NCBI GenBank assembly: GCA_964014485.1
Contig: CAXHAT010000091.1
Coordinates: 1 to 29,334 of the forward strand
DNA length: 29,334 nt
Origin: an uncultured Deferribacteres bacterium
GTDB taxonomy: Bacteria > Zhuqueibacterota > Zhuqueibacteria > Zhuqueibacterales > Geothermadaptataceae
Direction: 5' to 3'
In this document: positions 8,230 to 15,478 of the stretch, in pieces
How the letters are laid out: each line of letters opens with the position of its first letter
Position numbering within the stretch: the stretch's first letter is position 1
Notes under the pieces: model-generated
What the model was told of the DNA's origin: nothing
Database searches by the model: none
What the model saw: only the letters and a program-made list of their open reading frames with translations
Position numbers and translations under genes: made by a program

Positions 8230-11200
8230 TCAAACTTTCGCAACGCTCCCTTTCTTACTGCTCTGTAACAACAAAACATAAGCGTCTTCCAGGGTCGGTT
8301 CGACGGCGCGGGGGGCGATTTCGGGGACTTCGGTTTCGCTGATGAAGCGCATCCGTACTTCGTTTTCCACTTTGCTGTGTTGGACGATGTTGAGCTTATG
8401 CCGCCAATTCGGGAAATCCGCTTCCGGCACTTTTGCTTCGAAAACCTTGCCTTGCGCGCGTTTTTGCATTGACTCCGGCGAACCGCGATAGATGACTTGA
8501 CCGCCGTTGAGCACTGCCAGATCGTTGCACGTGCTCGAAATGTCTTCCACCACGTGTGTGCTGAAAATGACGATGCGCTCTTTTGCCAATTCCGCCAGCA
8601 GGTTGCGGAAACGAATGCGTTCGCGCGGGTCGAGACCGGCGGTCGGCTCGTCCACGACGATGATTTGCGGCAAGTTCAGAAGAGTTTGCGCAATGCCGAC
8701 GCGCTGCTTCATGCCGCCGGAGAATGTTTTCACCTTGTCGTCCCGCCGTTCCCACAAACCGACGCTTTCGATGAGTTTATCGATCAATTCGCGCCGCGCA
8801 TCTTCTTCATAAATGCCGTTGATGATCGAATGATAATTCAAATATTCACGCGGGGTCATGTTTTCGTAGAGCCCGAAATCCTGCGGCAGGTAGCCAATCG
8901 CGCCGTGGAACAGTTCTCGGTGCTCGTTTAAATCGCGCCCGTTAATTTTTATGCTGCCGCGATCCGCATCCAGCACGCCGACGATGGAACGCATGAGCGT
9001 CGTTTTTCCCGCGCCATTCGGGCCTAACAAGCCGAACATGCCTTGCCCGATCTCCAAATTAACGCCTTGCAAAGCCGTCACGGTCGGTTTCGGCGGGCGG
9101 ATGAGCGGAATCATCTTGACCAGCGCATAAATGCCGCGCTTGATTTTTTTCAAGCGACCTTCCGGCAATTCCGGGTTGATTTGGCCAGATTCAATGCGGC
9201 GTGACGTTCGTTTCAAAAGCGCAAAAATGATCGTAAAAACCAACATCGTGATCAAAAACGGCACGGACGAAGTTCGGACATAAAGGTATGCCAGCGCCGC
9301 CAAGCCGATCAAAAAACCGCCTCGTCGTACGAAATGAAGCGGATCCACCGTCTCGTCACGACGGTCTCCGTTGTGATCCCGCTTATTCGGGGGAAGCTCC
9401 GCAGCCTGTGGCGCTTGGACGAGGTTCATTTCTTCTGAATTCGCTTCATTGATGGGCTCCGCCTTCTTTTTGCCAAAAAATAAAAACCGTCGTTTTGCGC
9501 GCCGATTTTTCACTTTTGGCTCTGCTTCCGATTTGCGTTTGAAAAACAAAAACCGCCGCTTTTTCTCACGAACTTTTTTAACGCGCGGCTTTGGCGGTTT
9601 GCCGAACATGAAGCGCCAACGGTAGTACAACTCACGTGCGGAAACGACCCAAACGACCGTGCCTATGGTCAGCCAAAAGAGCCAAAATCGACTTTCAAAG
9701 AAGAAATGCAGATAAATAAGCAACGCGCCGATCACCAATGTCCAGATCGTCTCATCCTGCAATTGCCGCTTTGTCCAGGGCAATTGATTTTCGAGATCAA
9801 GCGCGCCAAAACGCCGATCTTGCTTGTGCCACTCGCGCGCGAATCTTTTTGGCGCGCCATAAATTTTGGTAAGGTTTGAAATTCTGATTTGCAGGCTGCC
9901 TTTTAAAACAGCGGCTTTTTCGGCTCGCAGCGTAAAAAACTGTTTCACGCTATACCACAATCCCAGCACAATGAACCAGGTCGGCAGCGTGATAACCGAG
10001 GTCCACAGCCAGCTTTCAAAACGAATATGGAACGAATAAACAAGCCAACCAGAAACTGCCGTGCAGACCGCCAGACCGAGCCAGCCAATTTTCAGCAACC
10101 ATTCGCGCGTCTGCTCCAACGCGACGTAAAGCACGGGGATGAAAACAAGGGTGGAAAACGCCGAAACCGTCAGTCCGCCGAGCACGACAATGGCGAATGG
10201 CGGCCAGAGTTCGAACTCAGTGCCTTGTTTGAAAGCCAGCGGTAAAACACCGAGAATCGTCGTCGCCGAGGTCATCAAAATTGGACGGACGCGGTTTTGA
10301 GAGGCGACCATCACCGCACGCTGCCAGCGGAAGTTACGCCGGTTGCGCAAAATCGCGATGCGGTCGAGCAAAATTATGCCGTTGTTGACGACGATGCCAA
10401 GCAAAACGATAAGACCGAGCAACGCCATCGGCGCGCCTTCGCCGAGAGAAAGCGGCGTGCCGGTGAGCGTAAGCGCGAAAAGTGCGCCGATAATCGCGGT
10501 TGGGATTGTACCCAAAATTACGAACGGGCTGAACAACGATTCAAATTGCGCCGCCAGGAACATGAAGATCAAAATCAAGCCAATGGCGAGCATCCAGTAA
10601 TAGACCGTTTGTGTGTTTTCTTCTTCAATTTTTTCAAGCGTGAATCCGCGCGGCATGCGAATTTCGCTCATCAAAATTTCGATCTGTGTTTCGGCGGTTT
10701 CAACCCGTTGTTTTGACGTTTCCGCTTCCGAAGTAAATCGATAGCTGATTTTGACCTCGCGCGACTGGTTGTAGCGTACGATATTTCCCGGCCCCTCATC
10801 CCGCCGCACTGTTGCAACCTCGCGGATCGGCACGAGCTGCCCGGCGCTATTCATGACCTTCGTGTTTTCCAAATCCTGAACCGTACGTTCTTCTACATCT
10901 CGAAGCTGCATTTGGATATTCGTATCATCGCCGCCGCTATAGAAAGGCGTGGCGGCTTGAGCGCCTTCCGCGCGCGTGCCCCAGATTGCCGTCATGATTT
11001 GCTGCATGCTCAAGCCCCAAATCGCCAAGCGCAGCCTGTCGCCGCGAATTTGAATTTCCGGCGTGCCTTCGCGCAATTCCGAGCGTACGGAGCGCGGATC
11101 GACGTCTTCGATTGTTCGCAAAGTTTGAACGATTTGCGTGCTGAGCGTTCGCAAAACATTCACGTCATGGCCGCGCAGACGGAGCCCTTTTTCCGTGCTG

Positions 11201-13158
11201 AACAATCCCCCGGCATCTCCTCCCCCGCGTCCGCCCCCTCCGCCGCCGCGATTCGGAGGCTCGAACGACAATTCTACGCTGCGGTTTCGTCTTTGAATGT
11301 CATCGATTTTTTCTTTTACGGCTTCAATATTCAGTTGCTGCGTGCGCTTGTCCGGCTCAACAAAATTGACGGCAATGAAAGCTTCCTCAGTTTGCACGCG
11401 CGTACGCGCTTCTTTAATATCCGGGATTTGGTTGATTTCTTCCTCAAATCGGCGGGTAAGTTCGTCCGTGTAATCCAGGGTCGAGCCTTTGGCCATGGTG
11501 AGATAAACGTCAACGCGGTCGGGCGGCGGCGAGGATGATTGTTGCAAAATAAACGTCGCGCCGATCACCAGACTCAAGAGCAAAAAAACGGCTACGAGCG
11601 AGACCGTGCGAATACGGTGGCGCATGCAGGACTTGAGAAACAAACGGTAAATTTCGAGAATACGACCAGCTTCAAACTGCCGAAAAGATTGCGCGCCCAG
11701 AGTCAGGCTTGCAAGCAAGGGCACAATCGTGAGCGCAACAAACAGCGAAGCAAGTAGCGGAAAAATGACGGCGAGGGCCAATTCGCGCACAAACAACTGT
11801 GCGTCGCTTTGTACGAACAGAACTGGCAGGAAAACTAAAATCGTCGTGCCGGTGGAGGCGAAAATTGAGCGGCTGACTTCGACCGTACCGTCGAGCGTCG
11901 CTTCGCGAACTGATTTTCCGCGCTGGTAGTGTGTGAAAATGTTCTCCATCACGACAATGCCGTTATCCACGAGCATGCCGATGGCCAACGCCAGCCCGCA
12001 GAGAGAGACAATGTTGATGGAAAGATTCCATGCGTACATAAAGTTGGCGGTGATGAGCAGGCTGACCGGAATCGCGATCATCAGAATCGTGACGAACCGA
12101 AAATTTTTGAGAAAAAGAAACAACACAATAAGCGCTAGAAACGCGCCGGTCACTGCCAGCGATTTTACCCGATCAATGGCGTCGGAAATGAGCTGCGCTT
12201 GGCTGATGTTAACGACCAATTCCAGATCCTCACGCGCCAATTCTTCGTTGAGTGCGTCGATCTGCTCCTGCGCCGCGTTGGCGACCTTGATCATGTTGCT
12301 CTGGTTGTCTTTCTGGATGAAAATGCCAACGCTCGATTTGCCGTTGATGCGGAAATATTCGGTCTTTTCTTCCTCGCCGTAACCGACTTTGGCTACGTCC
12401 GAGAGACGAATCGGGCCATTCGCATCAACAACCAAATCCGCTAACGTACGAATATCATCAACGCGCCCAATCAGGTTCACGTCGAGAATGCGTCCGGCGG
12501 TGATGACTTGCCCCAAATGTTCCGGCTGGCGATGAAACTGGTTGACAACCTGCTGAACGCGCGTGACGGGAATCCCCATCGCTTCGCACTTGTCTTCATC
12601 AATCTCCACGCCAATGTTTTGCCGCTCGCCGCCGCCGACATTGACGTTCACAATGCCGTCGACTTGTTCCAAGCGCAGCTTCACGCGGCGCTCCGCTATC
12701 TCCCTCAGGTCATTCAAAGGCCGGTCGCCGCGAATGCTAATTTGCATGAGAAATGTGGAAAAATCACTAGTGTCGAAGCGGTTGACGGCGACGCGCGAGT
12801 TCTGCGGCAATTGCGGCTCCAGAGCGGTCATCTTTTGCTGCAATTTCAGGATGGCGAATTTCATATCCACCCCGGGGTCGAAGGAAACCTTGGTGCTGAA
12901 AAAGCCGGGATTGACGGTCGTCTCCAAGTCCTTCACGCCTTCCAACGCCGCCAATTCCGCTTCCACGGGAATCGCCAATTGTCGCTCCACTTCCTCCGGC
13001 GCCGCGCCGTTCATCCCCGCGCTGACAAAAACTTCCGGAAAGATCAACTCCGGCAGCAATTGCACCGCCAGGCGATCCCAGGAAAAATACCCCAACATGC
13101 ACACGCCCGAGGCGAACATGAGCATCGTGACCGGTCTTTTTAGAGCAAGTTTTGTCAT
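8230..13158 (-). CDS. AcrB-family RND permease fused to extra TM helices and a C-terminal ABC ATPase domain
   Basis: Roughly aa 1-1015 form an RND (GMLVDNGIVVMEN, RVRPILMTSATTILGVLPLA, VLGGLTVS). The C-terminus carries GPNGAGKTT, GYLPQ, FSGGMKQR, VVDEPTAGLDP and STH. Single uninterrupted 1642-aa frame. Confidence 0.93.
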   Translation of the reverse strand: MTKLALKRPVTMLMFASGVCMLGYFSWDRLAVQLLPELIFPEVFVSAGMNGAAPEEVERQLAIPVEAELAALEGVKDLETTVNPGFFSTKVSFDPGVDMKFAILKLQQKMTALEPQLPQNSRVAVNRFDTSDFSTFLMQISIRGDRPLNDLREIAERRVKLRLEQVDGIVNVNVGGGERQNIGVEIDEDKCEAMGIPVTRVQQVVNQFHRQPEHLGQVITAGRILDVNLIGRVDDIRTLADLVVDANGPIRLSDVAKVGYGEEEKTEYFRINGKSSVGIFIQKDNQSNMIKVANAAQEQIDALNEELAREDLELVVNISQAQLISDAIDRVKSLAVTGAFLALIVLFLFLKNFRFVTILMIAIPVSLLITANFMYAWNLSINIVSLCGLALAIGMLVDNGIVVMENIFTHYQRGKSVREATLDGTVEVSRSIFASTGTTILVFLPVLFVQSDAQLFVRELALAVIFPLLASLFVALTIVPLLASLTLGAQSFRQFEAGRILEIYRLFLKSCMRHRIRTVSLVAVFLLLSLVIGATFILQQSSSPPPDRVDVYLTMAKGSTLDYTDELTRRFEEEINQIPDIKEARTRVQTEEAFIAVNFVEPDKRTQQLNIEAVKEKIDDIQRRNRSVELSFEPPNRGGGGGGRGGGDAGGLFSTEKGLRLRGHDVNVLRTLSTQIVQTLRTIEDVDPRSVRSELREGTPEIQIRGDRLRLAIWGLSMQQIMTAIWGTRAEGAQAATPFYSGGDDTNIQMQLRDVEERTVQDLENTKVMNSAGQLVPIREVATVRRDEGPGNIVRYNQSREVKISYRFTSEAETSKQRVETAETQIEILMSEIRMPRGFTLEKIEEENTQTVYYWMLAIGLILIFMFLAAQFESLFSPFVILGTIPTAIIGALFALTLTGTPLSLGEGAPMALLGLIVLLGIVVNNGIILLDRIAILRNRRNFRWQRAVMVASQNRVRPILMTSATTILGVLPLAFKQGTEFELWPPFAIVVLGGLTVSAFSTLVFIPVLYVALEQTREWLLKIGWLGLAVCTAVSGWLVYSFHIRFESWLWTSVITLPTWFIVLGLWYSVKQFFTLRAEKAAVLKGSLQIRISNLTKIYGAPKRFAREWHKQDRRFGALDLENQLPWTKRQLQDETIWTLVIGALLIYLHFFFESRFWLFWLTIGTVVWVVSARELYYRWRFMFGKPPKPRVKKVREKKRRFLFFKRKSEAEPKVKNRRAKRRFLFFGKKKAEPINEANSEEMNLVQAPQAAELPPNKRDHNGDRRDETVDPLHFVRRGGFLIGLAALAYLYVRTSSVPFLITMLVFTIIFALLKRTSRRIESGQINPELPEGRLKKIKRGIYALVKMIPLIRPPKPTVTALQGVNLEIGQGMFGLLGPNGAGKTTLMRSIVGVLDADRGSIKINGRDLNEHRELFHGAIGYLPQDFGLYENMTPREYLNYHSIINGIYEEDARRELIDKLIESVGLWERRDDKVKTFSGGMKQRVGIAQTLLNLPQIIVVDEPTAGLDPRERIRFRNLLAELAKERIVIFSTHVVEDISSTCNDLAVLNGGQVIYRGSPESMQKRAQGKVFEAKVPEADFPNWRHKLNIVQHSKVENEVRMRFISETEVPEIAPRAVEPTLEDAYVLLLQSSKKGSVAKV

Positions 13159-13169
13159 TTTCTCACCTT

Positions 13170-13220
13170 CTCGTCGCTACGGTCTCCGTCGCGACGCATA
13201 CTTGGACGCTCTGCATCCAA
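13170..13220. repeat. REP-like double-hairpin palindrome
   Basis: CGTCGCtACGG-TCT-CCGTcGCGACG, then CATAC, then TTGGAcGC-TCT-GCaTCCAA. Confidence 0.7.
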
Positions 13221-13228
13221 TCAAGCAT

Positions 13229-14068
13229 TTATTTTTCGAAATCTACCTTTCGCGTAGATTCATTGTCGCTCCAAAGTCCTTCAAATTGATTGCGATAGAA
13301 CAGAAAGTGCTCTTGCGAATTTCCCTTTGCTTCAAAGAAAAGAATACGTCGTTCGGTCTGGGGCGTTTTCAGGTAGACTGGAAATACCCCTAACGATATA
13401 ACGCCGCTGGGCTTGTGCCCATCGACCATGATCAGGCTATTCGGAGGGAGCCACTTTGTCACTTTCAATTCAAAGTTAATTTTACGTCCGGAGAATTTTT
13501 CTGTAAAATTAAAACAACGATTTATTGTTTTCTTGATATCGACAATAATTTCTTTATTTCTTGAGTTTTCATGGACTACTCTCGCGGCATCACTTTCGGG
13601 ATCAAGAATCAATAAACGGATATTGCAGCCTTCTTCGATTTTTTTGTACAGGAACCCATCGTAATAAGCAAACAAGTAACTGGCTGATAAAGCAAGAATA
13701 TCAATCGTCGATGCCTTTTTGGCAATTTCCGCGAGTTCCGGTCTGTCTTCGAATTTCAGCAGGATAGACGATTTCGATGCTCCATAAATTCTATGCGGCA
13801 GTTCTTCAAGCTGTCTTTTTGATTCTGTCAGATTGTCACTTATTTCCTGCAAGCTGGATTTCAGGCGCTCGCTCGTTCTTCGCGCTTCGATGAGACCGTA
13901 GATGAGAAGCGCTAACGCCGCAAGCACGATTTCAAAAAGCGCATCTTGACTAACGACACCGAACACATCCGCCACCAATACCGCAATGGCAACGGCCAGG
14001 ATCAGATATAATTCAATGCTCTTGCGGTTTTTGAAGTCGGTCTTTACATTACGAAAAAAGCTGCTCAA
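13229..14068 (-). CDS. 2TM + coiled-coil + DUF5919/PLD-like domain protein (start uncertain; ORF extends to 14134)
   Basis: Two hydrophobic helices, a heptad-like linker, then IDILALS...GCNIRLLILDPES...SLIMVD...YRNQFEGLW. No HxK motif. AT-rich relative to the flanks. Confidence 0.7.
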   Translation of the reverse strand: MSSFFRNVKTDFKNRKSIELYLILAVAIAVLVADVFGVVSQDALFEIVLAALALLIYGLIEARRTSERLKSSLQEISDNLTESKRQLEELPHRIYGASKSSILLKFEDRPELAEIAKKASTIDILALSASYLFAYYDGFLYKKIEEGCNIRLLILDPESDAARVVHENSRNKEIIVDIKKTINRCFNFTEKFSGRKINFELKVTKWLPPNSLIMVDGHKPSGVISLGVFPVYLKTPQTERRILFFEAKGNSQEHFLFYRNQFEGLWSDNESTRKVDFEK

Positions 14069-14127
14069 TGCTTTTTGCTCACAAATATAATTCAGTTTTC
14101 GTTGTATAAAGAGAAGGATTTTGAAAA

Positions 14128-14307
14128 ATGACAACCAAAGAAAAAATCCAGCAAGAACTCGACGAGCTTCCAGACGAGCTTCTCGAAAAGGTACACCAGT
14201 ATCTCACCGCTCTTAAAAAAAAGCCCGGTAAGCGTAAAAAAATTAAAACTTACAAGTTAGGCGGGCGATTCGACAATCTCGATATTCGCAGACAAGCTTA
14301 TGAATAA
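14128..14307 (+). CDS. Small antitoxin (DUF2281/VapB-like), missed by the ORF track
   Basis: MTTKEKIQQELDELPDELLEKVHQYLTALKKKPGKRKKIKTYKLGGRFDNLDIRRQAYE* (59 aa). AAGGA RBS; overlaps the PIN gene start. Confidence 0.8.
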   Translation: MTTKEKIQQELDELPDELLEKVHQYLTALKKKPGKRKKIKTYKLGGRFDNLDIRRQAYE

Positions 14308-14707
14308 TGTACTCATCGACACAAACGTTCTCGTTTACAGCACCGATGAAGATTCACGCTTCCATGAAGAAGCACAAAACATTCTGTTCGAATCAGATTT
14401 CGAACTCATAACGACAATCAAAAACATTTCAGAATTTCTTGCTGTTGTGACCAAGGGAAAAGCCCCTGCGTTGTCAGTCAATGATGCACTTTCGATTGTA
14501 ACCGAGTTTCAAAACCAGATGATCATTCTCTACCCGGATGCTGATTCTTTCGCTCAATTCCAGCAACTGCTGCGCAAATACAAGCCTAGAGGCTTGAAAG
14601 TTCATGACTTTGAAATTGCGGCGATTGCATTGGCGAACGGGATAGACAAAATTTCGACTTTTAACAAAAAAGACTTCACCAATATTGAAGAGATCATTTT
14701 GGTTTGA
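14300..14707 (+). CDS. vapC: PIN-domain (VapC-family) toxin
   Basis: VLIDTNVLVY...SEFLAVVT...HDFEIAAIALANG...TFNKKDF. Confidence 0.9.
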   Translation: MNNVLIDTNVLVYSTDEDSRFHEEAQNILFESDFELITTIKNISEFLAVVTKGKAPALSVNDALSIVTEFQNQMIILYPDADSFAQFQQLLRKYKPRGLKVHDFEIAAIALANGIDKISTFNKKDFTNIEEIILV

Positions 14708-14806
14708 ATTAAAGCCCGTTTTGTAACAACGGAAACTGTCATCACGAGACGGGAAAAAGCCGTGTTTCACCATCAAACGCTGACCAGATAATTCTTATCC
14801 CCTGAC

Positions 14807-15151
14807 TTAATCTTCTACTATCTCTCCGAGTCGATCAACCAATGCATTCAGGTCATTCTCAACAACTGACCAGACGATTTGATAATCGACGCCAAAATAG
14901 TCGTGTACAAGTCTGTTTCGAAAGCCTCGAATTCTCCTCCATTCGATCTCTGAGTGTTCGATTCTAAAATCAGGATCGATGCGGTTGGCTGCCTCGCCAA
15001 TTATTTCGAAATTTCTGATGACAGCGTCGACAGTTTTATCATCTGCGATAAACGATTCATAATCGAAACCTTCGGTGTAGCGTTGGATCTTCCTGGCTGA
15101 ATCCAGCATATCCCCCAAGAGCAAAAAGTCATCTCTTCTTCTCTCAGACAT
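14807..15151 (-). CDS. HEPN (DUF86/HepT-like) ribonuclease toxin
   Basis: DAVIRNFEIIGEAA and the RX4HXY motif RNRLVHDY. Start overlaps the MNT stop. Confidence 0.92.
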   Translation of the reverse strand: MSERRRDDFLLLGDMLDSARKIQRYTEGFDYESFIADDKTVDAVIRNFEIIGEAANRIDPDFRIEHSEIEWRRIRGFRNRLVHDYFGVDYQIVWSVVENDLNALVDRLGEIVED

Positions 15152-15434
15152 AGACGAGTTCCGGTTCGACGACCTCAAAATACTTGTCTTTTATTCCATT
15201 TCTCGAAACGAGGTCGACTTTCATCCTCATCAGTTCTTCCAACTCATCAGCAAGATCGATAAATCGAATACCGATATTGTCCGAAAATTCGACGAGCAAG
15301 TCCAGATCGCTGTCAGCGTCCTGTTCATCTCGAGCGAATGAGCCAAAAACCGCGAGTGATTTTATTGGATAATTCTTGAAAAGATGTGATTTGTGCCGTT
15401 TAAGCTCGAAGGTAATTTCAGCTAAATTGTTCAT
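15144..15434 (-). CDS. Minimal nucleotidyltransferase (MntA-like) antitoxin
   Basis: FGSFARDEQDADSDLDLLVEF (GSX10DXD) and KVDLV. Confidence 0.92.
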   Translation of the reverse strand: MNNLAEITFELKRHKSHLFKNYPIKSLAVFGSFARDEQDADSDLDLLVEFSDNIGIRFIDLADELEELMRMKVDLVSRNGIKDKYFEVVEPELVYV

Positions 15435-15478
15435 AACTATGACCAAACTAAATTGATTGTTAAAGAAGGATTCGAAAT

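Noticed and set aside
14715..14753. Stem CCCGTTTTGT/ACGAGACGGG between the convergent vapC and HEPN genes
   Set aside because: Large loop, G-U pairs work only on the + strand, and it is followed by an A-tract rather than a U-tract. Weak terminator evidence.
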